Notes under the pieces: generated by a model
What the model saw: only the letters and a program-made list of their open reading frames with translations
Databases searched by the model: none
Told to the model about the DNA's origin: nothing
Made by a program: the position numbers and the translations under genes
Source: a virus
Direction: 5' to 3' (one strand)
Virus genome (UHGV): UHGV-0179803
DNA: 64,000 nt
Part shown: positions 45,812 to 53,990 of the stretch, piece by piece
Layout of the letters: each line of letters begins with the position of its first letter
Position numbering within the stretch: the stretch's first letter is position 1

Positions 45812-46273
45812 ATGATTATCGGTACTGTAAATGGGGATTTAATCTCTATCTTTAAAAGCGGGGCTGGTCACCTGATCCACGGTTGCAACTGCTTCCACAC
45901 AATGGGTGCAGGCATAGCAAGGCAGATTGCCAAAGAGTTTCCTCAAGCGTTGGAGACTGATAGGATGACTGCTTACGGTGATCCAGACAAGTTGGGCACG
46001 CTCTCTTGTTGGGAGCATTTTGCCAAGAACAGGATTGTATACGGGATTAACATGTATACTCAATTCCGACCAGGGCCTAATGCTGATTACTCTTCAATCA
46101 TGAATGGTTTTGAGCAAGTCAATGAGGTATTCGAAGGTATGTCGTTACCGTTCTACATCCCTAAGATTGGGTGCGGTATAGGAGGTCTTATGTGGGAGCA
46201 TGTAGAGAATATCATCAACCTCACGACTCCTGATATAAAAGTGATCGTAGTGGAATACTGCAAAAAAGGTTGA
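45812..46273 (+). CDS. macro-domain protein (ADP-ribose binding / ADP-ribosyl hydrolase-like)
   Basis: 153 aa; N-terminal GDLISIFKSGAGHLIHGCNCFHTMGAGIARQIA matches the macro-domain GDI..DAIVNAAN..GGGVDGAI pattern; later IPKIGCGIGGL matches the second glycine-rich loop. Confidence 0.6.
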   Translation: MIIGTVNGDLISIFKSGAGHLIHGCNCFHTMGAGIARQIAKEFPQALETDRMTAYGDPDKLGTLSCWEHFAKNRIVYGINMYTQFRPGPNADYSSIMNGFEQVNEVFEGMSLPFYIPKIGCGIGGLMWEHVENIINLTTPDIKVIVVEYCKKG

Positions 46274-46297
46274 CACCGGAAAATTATGGTGTATAAT
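46270..46297 (+). promoter_or_regulatory. consensus sigma70 promoter
   Basis: TTGACA-16 nt-TATAAT. Confidence 0.65.
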
Positions 46298-46330
46298 GCA
46301 AACACATAAACCAACAGAGAGCGACATGTT

Positions 46331-46522
46331 ATGGTAATTTTTAATCGAGATGGTATTATTGTCCAACAGCACCCGTTCCTCGAATACTATCAGGTTGAGC
46401 AATGGAGCTACGGTGATTGCAGCCACACTTACGGTCAAGGCTGGGGGTATCATGTAGTTTTTGAATCAACTGACCTTAATGAAGTAAAACAGAAAGTTTT
46501 AGAACTCCTTAACAGCAAGTAA
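46331..46522 (+). CDS. hypothetical small protein
   Basis: 63 aa downstream of promoter. Confidence 0.4.
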   Translation: MVIFNRDGIIVQQHPFLEYYQVEQWSYGDCSHTYGQGWGYHVVFESTDLNEVKQKVLELLNSK

Positions 46523-46548
46523 GTATTACCGCACCAGTTAAAAATTGG

Positions 46549-46577
46549 TTGACAACAGGTGTGGAATCTGGTACAGT
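46549..46577 (+). promoter_or_regulatory. sigma70-like promoter
   Basis: TTGACA-17 nt-TACAGT. Confidence 0.55.
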
Positions 46578-46609
46578 ACATCCTATACAAAAGAGAAGGA
46601 GCACACACT

Positions 46610-46837
46610 ATGTTGTATCGAGTTAAAGTTGCAGCGGATGTTCAGGGTCCGTGGGCTGAGTGGGCAGGCTGGTATTTACTTGCTCCAATGGAGGGTTGTA
46701 CTGATATTAAGTACAATGCTTGCCTCTACAACGAAGAGGAACTTGAAGAGGAACTCTTCATTGCAGATGGTATAGAGCACGGCCTGTTTGAAGTAGAGCC
46801 AGCTTTCGACTCTATACCGGGTTATTATTCTTATTGA
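46610..46837 (+). CDS. hypothetical small protein
   Basis: 75 aa from ATG after GAAGGAG. Confidence 0.5.
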   Translation: MLYRVKVAADVQGPWAEWAGWYLLAPMEGCTDIKYNACLYNEEELEEELFIADGIEHGLFEVEPAFDSIPGYYSY

Positions 46838-46848
46838 GGGGACGAAAA

Positions 46849-47067
46849 ATGAGCATTCAAGAACATGCAGCACATATGTGCCATATGATCACAACTCAGT
46901 ACCCTCAGCAAATGGCATCAGACTTACGTCTGATCGAGATCCATAGCCGCTTTGCCAATATTGTAGAGGATCCTGTTTATTACTCTGGTGTACACGGTGA
47001 ACGTGCATTTGATGCCGCTTGCAACGATTTTGTAGACTGGGAAGATGCACTTTGCTACCAGAGTTAA
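46849..47067 (+). CDS. hypothetical small protein
   Basis: 72 aa from ATG after GAGGGGA. Confidence 0.5.
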   Translation: MSIQEHAAHMCHMITTQYPQQMASDLRLIEIHSRFANIVEDPVYYSGVHGERAFDAACNDFVDWEDALCYQS

Positions 47068-47088
47068 GATGGTTGAGGAGGTTCTCCG

Positions 47089-47247
47089 ATGGAAGTTTTA
47101 GGTTTATCAGTAATGCTCTGTGTTTTTGTGGTATTTTGTATTAGCTTTATGCCACTATCAACAGCTAACAAGGCGTTCTTCATCACGCTGATTCTGCTAT
47201 TTATTATCGGCGGCACTATGTATGAAGCTGGAATTATCTTTCACTAG
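47089..47247 (+). CDS. small membrane protein (52 aa)
   Basis: ATG after GAGGAGG; two hydrophobic helices; below ORF-track cutoff. Confidence 0.4.
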   Translation: MEVLGLSVMLCVFVVFCISFMPLSTANKAFFITLILLFIIGGTMYEAGIIFH

Positions 47248-47258
47248 GAGGACGTACA

Positions 47259-47453
47259 ATGGGTGATTTACAGAAAATCTTATTTACTGTCCTGCTCCTT
47301 GTCGGTATGTTTGCGGCAGTAGGCTTTGTGGCTATTAGTGCTGCACACTACGCAGACTTTCCTGCATGGGTACGTGCTTCGTATTCAGCTATTATGTTGG
47401 GGGGTTTGTGCGGTTTCTTAAAATATATAGGACGTGAGGTGCCTGAAAAATGA
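47259..47453 (+). CDS. small membrane protein
   Basis: 64 aa; two hydrophobic helices; AGGAGG upstream. Confidence 0.5.
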   Translation: MGDLQKILFTVLLLVGMFAAVGFVAISAAHYADFPAWVRASYSAIMLGGLCGFLKYIGREVPEK

Positions 47454-47878
47454 TCTACCCTGTACCTAAACTAATTCCGGTATATGACAACGATTCTCGC
47501 TTTCAGGTAATGATTGCAGGTATCCTTGTCACTGGTAAAATCGATAGCTATGTGTTCAATGGTGAACGTTTTAAAGAATACTCTATTGAATGGGATGGCT
47601 ATGACTATAACGTCTACTTCGATGAAAACGGGGAGATGTACTTCGAAGAAGTAGAAATGTTGTTAGGTGTTGCAGGTATCATCAAACCTAAGGATGTAGA
47701 ATTTGCTGAAGGGGAATGCGATGACTGCGGTGACTATTGCGTCTGCGATATCCACTTACCTTCAGGGGAAACTATCTATTTTGAAACGCATTTCGGTGAA
47801 ACGAACTTCCCTAATGATTGGGAAGAGTTTTTCGAGATTGTGGAAAAAGAAAGGGAAGTGTTAAGAAGCCGTCGATAA
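47450..47878 (+). CDS. hypothetical protein
   Basis: 142 aa; ATGA overlap; Cys cluster CDDCGDYCVC. Confidence 0.5.
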   Translation: MIYPVPKLIPVYDNDSRFQVMIAGILVTGKIDSYVFNGERFKEYSIEWDGYDYNVYFDENGEMYFEEVEMLLGVAGIIKPKDVEFAEGECDDCGDYCVCDIHLPSGETIYFETHFGETNFPNDWEEFFEIVEKEREVLRSRR

Positions 47879-47909
47879 ACCCAGTGTAATAATTTTCACT
47901 TATTTGCTA

Positions 47910-47945
47910 TTGACAACTGTGTGGGAGAGTGTTATACTCTCCCCA
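47910..47945 (+). promoter_or_regulatory. sigma70-like promoter with dyad-symmetric operator over the -10
   Basis: TTGACA-17 nt-TATACT; palindrome GGGAGAGT...ACTCTCCC overlaps the -10, same architecture as 41224..41260. Confidence 0.55.
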
Positions 47946-47967
47946 TCTTAAAAAGAAGGAGAGAGTT

Positions 47968-48162
47968 ATGGCAACAGTACATCTTATGGCTATCAAACGT
48001 CACAATACTTTGTATGGCCCGATTTATGAAACTGTTCTCGGCAATCTGTATATCATCAATGGGACTAGCTTCAGCAAAATTGACATTCACCACATCGAAG
48101 CGTTTCGTGTAGCAGAGCCAGAGTTAGGTTGCTGGTTCCTTCCTGTAGAATGCAATTTATGA
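47968..48162 (+). CDS. hypothetical small protein
   Basis: 64 aa from ATG after AAGGAGAGAG. Confidence 0.5.
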   Translation: MATVHLMAIKRHNTLYGPIYETVLGNLYIINGTSFSKIDIHHIEAFRVAEPELGCWFLPVECNL

Positions 48163-48170
48163 GGTGCAGC

Positions 48171-48383
48171 ATGGCTACTGCAACATGTGTATCTACGCAG
48201 CATGACAAATGGGAACTCTTCGAAGAGTATGAGGTCATCGGTGAGCCAAATGAATTTACTATACTGGTAAAAGCCTGTGATGGTGAAACATGGTGGTTCC
48301 ATAAGAGCTGTGATTACCCTGGTTACCATTTTGCACGTACTTCAACTGGCAAATACATTTACTTACTGGTGAACGAGGACTGA
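48171..48383 (+). CDS. hypothetical small protein
   Basis: 70 aa from ATG after GAGGTG. Confidence 0.45.
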   Translation: MATATCVSTQHDKWELFEEYEVIGEPNEFTILVKACDGETWWFHKSCDYPGYHFARTSTGKYIYLLVNED

Positions 48384-48384
48384 T

Positions 48385-48729
48385 ATGAAAAACCGTACAC
48401 ATCCGCTCTATCTTCGAGAACGTAATAGTATTGCTATGGTACTGTGCGATATCTTCAATGTTTCAGATCCGTACGATACTCACAATATGTGGGAGACAGC
48501 ACGCATCCTGTTCCCAACACCAGTGATTGTAGCCATCTCAAAGAATGGCTTGGTGAAAAGAGCATGGGATAAGTTTGGGCAGTCTTACGTCTGGGCTGAT
48601 CAACTGGGGTGCTGGTTTGAAGAAAGAAACCCTGTTAGCCTGAACAATGAACGTATGCGGGGAATTGATATCATCACGGGCAAAAACATTCGCCTGAAAG
48701 GCGAGATTGTTTTCTGGCTTCCACAATAA
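48385..48729 (+). CDS. hypothetical protein
   Basis: 114 aa. Confidence 0.5.
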   Translation: MKNRTHPLYLRERNSIAMVLCDIFNVSDPYDTHNMWETARILFPTPVIVAISKNGLVKRAWDKFGQSYVWADQLGCWFEERNPVSLNNERMRGIDIITGKNIRLKGEIVFWLPQ

Positions 48730-48741
48730 CAGGAGAGATCA

Positions 48742-49083
48742 ATGAAGAATCAAACAGTAACAATGCAATGGGTAGATGTTGATGGCGTGGAGAACATGCC
48801 AATCGGTGTATATTTCGTATGTATGCGGGACTGTAATGGTCTGCAACAATATGGTGTATGCGAAGTTGTTATGGCTGGGCAGGGCAAATATGCACATAAA
48901 GTTGGCGTGATCAGTGGTCAATTTTATTTTGAATTCCCACCAATCGTAGCATACATGGTTATCCCAGACTATGTGCCGATTCAGGACGGAAAACGCCGTT
49001 GCCCACACTGTGGTAGCACTGATATCGGTATGGCGCGGGACGATTTATTCTGCTTCTGCTGCCGCCGTTTCCTGGTGGAATAA
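48742..49083 (+). CDS. hypothetical protein with C-terminal zinc-ribbon
   Basis: 113 aa; CPHCGS...CFCCRR pattern at C-terminus. Confidence 0.5.
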   Translation: MKNQTVTMQWVDVDGVENMPIGVYFVCMRDCNGLQQYGVCEVVMAGQGKYAHKVGVISGQFYFEFPPIVAYMVIPDYVPIQDGKRRCPHCGSTDIGMARDDLFCFCCRRFLVE

Positions 49084-49093
49084 GGAGTGTACT

Positions 49094-49288
49094 ATGTTCG
49101 AGCTTAAATCTTGCACAATCGTAGCACCAGGGGATCGTATCCGTATCCCAGGCCGTCACGAAATCCTACAGGTTAAAAGCATCGAGTCTGTAGGTAACCG
49201 TGTTCTCCTGTTCAAATTTGAAAATGGACACCAGGTGTACATGAGAATGAGAAGCAAAGTGTACATTGACAGGGGTGCTAAAGAATGA
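49094..49288 (+). CDS. hypothetical small protein
   Basis: 64 aa from ATG after TAAGGAG. Confidence 0.45.
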   Translation: MFELKSCTIVAPGDRIRIPGRHEILQVKSIESVGNRVLLFKFENGHQVYMRMRSKVYIDRGAKE

Positions 49289-49611
49289 ATGAAGTATGGG
49301 AAATCTGTGTAGACGTAGCAGGAATCACGCTTATAGGTGCTCTGGTTATTGCTCTGGCGCTGGTAGGATACAAGATGGCACTTCTGCCTTTCCTGGAAGC
49401 ATTCAGCCTGTGTCATTGCTGGCGTAGAGCATATGGACCACAACCTGTAAAAGACTGGTTCACTTTGTACCGTATTGCACTATCTTACACGTTTGATCAT
49501 TCACGCTTAAACTGCATTGAAAGCTATCATGCTGATGGTTGGTGGTGGGTAGGATTATTCAGATGGGAGGTGACAGAGGTAACTCCGAAACGAATGCTTA
49601 AGAAAAATTGA
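49285..49611 (+). CDS. membrane protein
   Basis: 108 aa; hydrophobic N-terminal helix (VAGITLIGALVIALALVGY); ATGA overlap. Confidence 0.5.
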   Translation: MNEVWEICVDVAGITLIGALVIALALVGYKMALLPFLEAFSLCHCWRRAYGPQPVKDWFTLYRIALSYTFDHSRLNCIESYHADGWWWVGLFRWEVTEVTPKRMLKKN

Positions 49612-49939
49612 TTTTAGAATTATAAAAGTTTTAGATGACAAGGGGAAATCTGTAATAGATTTTCCCTTATTTATCAGATATTTGCAGATATTTGAAAATC
49701 ATTAGAAACTTAGGTAATTAGGAGCGTACGAAAATGGATTTTTTAAAAGCATAAGCAATCATTTAGCAAATTAGCCAAATAGATTTTAGCCTATTGCTAT
49801 TGTGTATGCATGTATTTGCATATGCCTTGCACATATCCCCACACACCTCTTCCCACATTCCCACACAGTTCTCGGTTGACCCGCCAATCTCCCCTCCACA
49901 ACTCTCCCAGTAATTTCCTTAAGTACTCGATCTGTTTTT

Positions 49940-50047
49940 CAAAATCGAAATCGGATTCTGAAAATCTCGACAGCTTTTCTCCTCGGTTCTCGATAGGTTT
50001 TTTATTTTCGATTTTGGATTCTGGATCTCGGTCTGGTTCTGGCTAGG
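49940..50047. repeat. direct repeats of a GG(A/T)TTCTG-type unit
   Basis: tcggattctg, cggttctcg, tggattctgg, cggtctgg, tggttctgg within about 110 bp of non-coding DNA. Confidence 0.5.
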
Positions 50048-50185
50048 CCTGCGCCTGAGGAACGAAAGCACTTTTTTATTTTTGAAAGTGGATTTTGAAT
50101 TTCTATATAGAAAAAATTTACCCCCTACCATTTTTGGTAGATAGTCACGGTACGTAATTAGCCTGCTAACTAAATTTTAGATAGT

Positions 50186-50380
50186 TTCATGAGTGATTAT
50201 CACCGTTACTATAAATTGCCGTAACTATAAATCACCGTGCGTTACTATTTTAATTTCACCATGCAACTATAAATCACGGGCCGTTATTATTTATATAGAA
50301 AACTATTACTAACCGTGCGTTATTACCTCAATTTGCTTAGGTTACTATTAATCACCGTAAGTAACTATTTTTTAAATGAT
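50186..50380. repeat. iteron array, ~9 units at ~20-bp period (candidate origin or regulator-binding array)
   Basis: Units such as GTAACTATAAATCACCGTG, GTTACTATTTTAATTTCACCATG, GCAACTATAAATCACGGG, GTTACTATTAATCACCGTAAG spaced 15-22 bp. Confidence 0.65.
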
Positions 50381-50399
50381 AATCATTCTCAAAATATAT

Positions 50400-50700
50400 T
50401 GCGTGCATCCCCGGTGATTGTCTCCCGGCCCCTGGTGCCCCGGCTTGATTATATAATAACAGATCCGGCCCCCATGTCAACAGCTTTTTTAGAAAAATAT
50501 TAGTTACAACATCCTGGCGCCACCTGGCAGGGCCATCATGACCATGATCCGGTCCGGCGCTTGCGCCCTGGTCCATCCTCCGCACATTAGTTACAGCATT
50601 CCAACGACCGATCCCCGATAGTCTGCAACCTGGCGGGGCCGCCTGGTCCACTGGACCGCCTCCCCTGGTCCGGTGGGGAGTCCGGCTTGCAATTCAAAAT
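50400..50700. other. GC-rich island of palindromes rich in CCTGG
   Basis: GGTCCACTGGACC palindrome, CTCCCC...GGGGAG and GGCGCTTGCGCC inverted repeats, about seven CCTGG sites in about 250 bp, inside otherwise AT-rich non-coding DNA. Confidence 0.5.
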
Positions 50701-50732
50701 GTGATCTGTGTCAACCTTTCACCATGTAGCTA

Positions 50733-50760
50733 TTGATCAGGTTACGGCCTAGTGTATTCT
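50733..50760 (+). promoter_or_regulatory. sigma70-like promoter of first micro-gene
   Basis: TTGATC-16 nt-TATTCT. Confidence 0.45.
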
Positions 50761-50828
50761 ATAGGTGAAGGGAAACAAAGGGGAAACGGAAAGCAAAACA
50801 CCAGGCCGCAAGGCAGGAGGAAAATAAA

Positions 50829-51005
50829 ATGAAAGGCATGGTTAACAACAACAACGTAAAAGAGAGGGAAATTATTGTTAATGGTCGTGAGATTGACAAT
50901 AAACGCCGGAAAGCTATGCGTGATGCCCTGGTCAACTGGTTGGATTATGAAAAAATGATGGTAATGGCAGCGGGTGCCGCAGCTGGTGAATTTAACCACA
51001 GATAA
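50829..51005 (+). CDS. micro-gene product (58 aa)
   Basis: ATG after AGGAGGAAAATAAA; below ORF-track cutoff. Confidence 0.4.
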   Translation: MKGMVNNNNVKEREIIVNGREIDNKRRKAMRDALVNWLDYEKMMVMAAGAAAGEFNHR

Positions 51006-51021
51006 CCACAGGGGGGCAAAG

Positions 51022-51216
51022 GTGTTAGCTTATAATCTTCCAGGCCGTCGCCGTACGGTTGCCGACCAGGTAACGGCAAAGGCAGACGTAACAATCAACA
51101 ACGGGCAGGGCCTTTACAAGTTTAAACGGGGGAACAGCTATACGATCCAGTTTCTTAACCGTTGTGCTTTAACACCTGGTCAGATCAACCATTGGTTTAA
51201 AGCTAAAAAATTTTAA
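51022..51216 (+). CDS. micro-gene product (start uncertain)
   Basis: GTG after AGGGGGG; ORF-track frame 50974..51216. Confidence 0.35.
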   Translation: MLAYNLPGRRRTVADQVTAKADVTINNGQGLYKFKRGNSYTIQFLNRCALTPGQINHWFKAKKF

Positions 51217-51224
51217 AAAATTAG

Positions 51225-51255
51225 TTGACACCAGAAAGAAATAAAGTATTATAGA
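51225..51255 (+). promoter_or_regulatory. sigma70 promoter
   Basis: TTGACA-17 nt-ATTATA followed by conserved GAAAGCAGTA box. Confidence 0.6.
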
Positions 51256-51301
51256 TAGTGAAAGCAGTACACAAGGTTAACAAAATATAAGGAGTAACAT
51301 C

Positions 51302-51703
51302 ATGAGCGCTTTTAACACTGATTTCGATTTCTCTGGTCTGGAAGAAGTTCGCGATCTTCGTAACTGCCGCCGCGAAAACGGTTTTTATAAATCTCTGGAC
51401 CTGGTGGCACTGGACCACAAAATGGACCTGGAAGAAGTAGCAACGATTCGTTTCTACCAGTCACCGCGCGGTAACACTGTTTACTGTGTAGTATGGGTAC
51501 ATGAAGCAGGGCACGAATTTTATGCCACTGCTGGCGGGAAAGCTGGTGGCTATGGTTACGATAAAGAGGAGGCCGCATTACGGGAAGCTATCGAGGCGAT
51601 GGGTGTAAAAGCTGGCGATTATGCTCACCCTGAAAAATTTTTAATCCAGCTTGCTCGCTACTTCGGATATGAAAAAGCTAAAGTGATTGAAGCACACGCA
51701 TAA
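51302..51703 (+). CDS. hypothetical protein
   Basis: 133 aa; AAGGAG upstream. Confidence 0.55.
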   Translation: MSAFNTDFDFSGLEEVRDLRNCRRENGFYKSLDLVALDHKMDLEEVATIRFYQSPRGNTVYCVVWVHEAGHEFYATAGGKAGGYGYDKEEAALREAIEAMGVKAGDYAHPEKFLIQLARYFGYEKAKVIEAHA

Positions 51704-51744
51704 GCTGCCTTTTAGATGGCCCCCTGGTGGGGCCATTGATAAAG
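51704..51744 (+). repeat. conserved intergenic hairpin element, copy a
   Basis: GCTGCCTTTTAGATGGCCCCCTGGTGGGGCCATTGATAAAG directly after a stop codon. Confidence 0.5.
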
Positions 51745-51780
51745 GTAACTTGGGGCAACAATAACCGAGAGAAAGAAAAT

Positions 51781-52215
51781 ATGAAACGTTTACCACGCTG
51801 GATCCGCTTTATTAATAAACTTGCCGCAGATGAAAAAATCCAGGCTATGCATAAAGATAACCGCGAACGCCGTGCTGCCTTACGAGATTATCGCCGCATG
51901 TTGGCAAAGTTAGCCAATAAAAATGGCGTTCTTAAACCGTTCCGCAAAGTGATCCACCTGGTCGCTATGGGAGCGCCTAAGGTGGCAAACGTTCCAAACG
52001 TCCATAAGATTGATGACCGCGACGTTGTAAGAGATATTGATAAAGATTTTTCTCCGAAGGCCATCAATCAGCGGATCAACAGCTGCAAAAATAAGAAAGA
52101 TCTTGATAATTTGTTAGATAGCCTCGACGCTTTAGGGTGTGATTATGATTTCTTAGATGACAAGATTAATAAAAAATACCGCGAATTGGCTGGTTATCGC
52201 GTCAACCGGATTTAA
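51781..52215 (+). CDS. hypothetical basic protein
   Basis: 144 aa from ATG (MKRLPRW) after GAGAGAAAG. Confidence 0.5.
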   Translation: MKRLPRWIRFINKLAADEKIQAMHKDNRERRAALRDYRRMLAKLANKNGVLKPFRKVIHLVAMGAPKVANVPNVHKIDDRDVVRDIDKDFSPKAINQRINSCKNKKDLDNLLDSLDALGCDYDFLDDKINKKYRELAGYRVNRI

Positions 52216-52428
52216 CATATCAGAATAGTTGGCCCTGGTGGATCCGATCCGTGCACGGTCCAGGGTATGCCCGAAAACCTCCCCCATTACGCCGCTACGC
52301 CTGTTTTGAAGGTGTGGCGGTGTAGTTGCACCTCTTTGCAAAACACCTCGCCATAATACTTATTTGATGCCTTATTTTCGATACGCTCAAATAATGACCA
52401 ATCAATCGCCCCCACCATGATTTTTTTC

Positions 52429-52456
52429 TTGCAATCCCCCAATGTATGAATACAAT
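52429..52456 (+). promoter_or_regulatory. sigma70-like promoter
   Basis: TTGCAA-16 nt-TACAAT. Confidence 0.5.
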
Positions 52457-52502
52457 AACAATTGAAGGCAGTATTAACAAAAACACAAGAAGGGGAAACA
52501 AA

Positions 52503-52673
52503 ATGGATAAAATCTATTACGTTGTTTATCGCGGCCTTAATGTTGCCTGGTACGACAATTTGGCTGAGGCAATGGAAGAGGCGCACGACCGTTACGACCT
52601 GGGGCGTAACCGCCTTGAAGTGGTGGATAGCGACGGCGTGATCTATTGGTGTAGTGAGGATCTGGAATACTGA
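52503..52673 (+). CDS. micro-gene product (56 aa)
   Basis: ATG (MDKIYYVVY) after AAGGGGAAAC. Confidence 0.45.
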   Translation: MDKIYYVVYRGLNVAWYDNLAEAMEEAHDRYDLGRNRLEVVDSDGVIYWCSEDLEY

Positions 52674-52684
52674 AAAAAAAATAG

Positions 52685-52715
52685 TTGACACGACCGTTTG
52701 AAAGTGTAGTATATA
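52685..52715 (+). promoter_or_regulatory. sigma70 promoter
   Basis: TTGACA then AGTATA/TATATA at 16-19 nt. Confidence 0.6.
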
Positions 52716-52768
52716 AACCGAAGGGGAAAGAAATTTCCCAGAGGTAAAAAACAAAGAGGATAAAAATC

Positions 52769-53044
52769 ATGGCTATCATCGAAAAAGTAAACGTTCCAGC
52801 CACTTATAATAAAGGTTATAACGGTTGGAAAAATTACAATCAGTGGAACGTTGCACTGTGGATCAATAACGACGAAAGTTTATACTTCTTTGCCCTGGGC
52901 TTGATTAATGAGTGTGGCAATAAAGACGCGGCAGCTGATTTGATGGTTTACCGCTTGAAAGAAGAGGGGATCACTCATACGCCTGATGGGGTGCCTTACA
53001 ATAAAACTAACATCCGCGCCGCTATGGTCGGAATGCCGCACTGA
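52769..53044 (+). CDS. hypothetical protein
   Basis: 91 aa; AAGAGGA upstream. Confidence 0.55.
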   Translation: MAIIEKVNVPATYNKGYNGWKNYNQWNVALWINNDESLYFFALGLINECGNKDAAADLMVYRLKEEGITHTPDGVPYNKTNIRAAMVGMPH

Positions 53045-53120
53045 TAGCCGCCTTACCCTGGGGCCGTGGCAGCGCCCCATGAATAAGGTTACTACCCCCA
53101 CAATAACAGGAGGTAACATT

Positions 53121-53231
53121 ATGAACATTATCGCGGCAATCATTGTAGGCTATGCCCTCTTTTTGCTGGGCTTGCACCTGGCGGCAGTTATCAAAGGCCT
53201 GATCGATTTCTTTAAAAAAGATGAAAAATAG
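53121..53231 (+). CDS. small membrane peptide (36 aa)
   Basis: MNIIAAIIVGYALFLLGLHLAAVIKGLIDFFKKDEK; ATG after AGGAGGTAACATT. Confidence 0.4.
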   Translation: MNIIAAIIVGYALFLLGLHLAAVIKGLIDFFKKDEK

Positions 53232-53233
53232 TG

Positions 53234-53261
53234 TTGACAGGTGAGAGAAAATAAATATACT
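53234..53261 (+). promoter_or_regulatory. sigma70 promoter
   Basis: TTGACA-16 nt-TATACT followed by GAAAGCAGTAAAC box. Confidence 0.6.
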
Positions 53262-53311
53262 TAACCATGAAAGCAGTAAACGAGATTAATAAAACACAGG
53301 AGAAAAAGATC

Positions 53312-53722
53312 ATGAAAACTACTTTCCGTAATGCAAATGGTTTAACTGCATTCGCTTTAGCTTGTGGATATGTTCAAATGGTAGAGGGGCGGGATCGTGA
53401 AATGGTGGATCTGTTTAAAGCCCACGGTTGCTACCATGTTCGCGCTTTTAATGCTGATGGCGAGCGGCAAGCATGGTTTAGTGTGCCATCTTTAACTGAT
53501 GCCCGTCGCCATTGGAAAGAACTGGTAAAACTGATTTTCGGTGCACGCATTGCACAAGTGAAACGCTGCAAACGTTACGAAGTGCGCCACGTCCTGGACC
53601 TGAGAGGGGAGGCAGTTTACCAGGTTATCTATCGCTACGATGGGGAGTCTCGCCACGTCGGCTACTGTGAAAACGTGGACGCGGCATGGATGATTGCACA
53701 CCGCGACTATGTAAGCCTATAG
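53312..53722 (+). CDS. hypothetical protein
   Basis: 136 aa from ATG (MKTTFRNANG) after CAGGAGAAAAAG. Confidence 0.55.
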   Translation: MKTTFRNANGLTAFALACGYVQMVEGRDREMVDLFKAHGCYHVRAFNADGERQAWFSVPSLTDARRHWKELVKLIFGARIAQVKRCKRYEVRHVLDLRGEAVYQVIYRYDGESRHVGYCENVDAAWMIAHRDYVSL

Positions 53723-53806
53723 GTTATTTTTCGGTGGCCTGGGTATTGACACCGGGCCATCTATAAAGTAACCTAAAGATCCACACAACGAAGGGGGGGA
53801 ACAATC

Positions 53807-53899
53807 ATGAAAAACTATTCTCACTATTTGATCCGTCGTGATGTTATGATTATGGCCCTGGGCTACCTGGTTATGTTTGCTTTTCGTGTAATGCTGTAA
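53807..53899 (+). CDS. small membrane peptide (30 aa)
   Basis: MKNYSHYLIRRDVMIMALGYLVMFAFRVML; GAAGGGGGGG upstream. Confidence 0.3.
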   Translation: MKNYSHYLIRRDVMIMALGYLVMFAFRVML

Positions 53900-53917
53900 A
53901 ATAAATTAAAAAATTAG

Positions 53918-53946
53918 TTGACACAGTAGCAAAAATAAGTAAACTT
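53918..53946 (+). promoter_or_regulatory. sigma70 promoter
   Basis: TTGACA-17 nt-AAACTT followed by GAAAGAAGTAATTAG box. Confidence 0.5.
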
Positions 53947-53990
53947 AAAACTGAAAGAAGTAATTAGTAAACCACAAAGAGGAAAACATC

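Noticed and set aside
50186-50380. Array of single-subunit (T7/SP6-type) RNA polymerase promoters, because units contain ACTATA
   Set aside because: No phage RNA polymerase gene is in the window, the units are tandem at ~20-bp spacing, and they are not placed before genes.
52287-52754. 155-aa and 68-aa minus-strand ORFs
   Set aside because: They run antisense through plus-strand promoters, ribosome-binding sites and a well-supported plus-strand gene, with no start context of their own.
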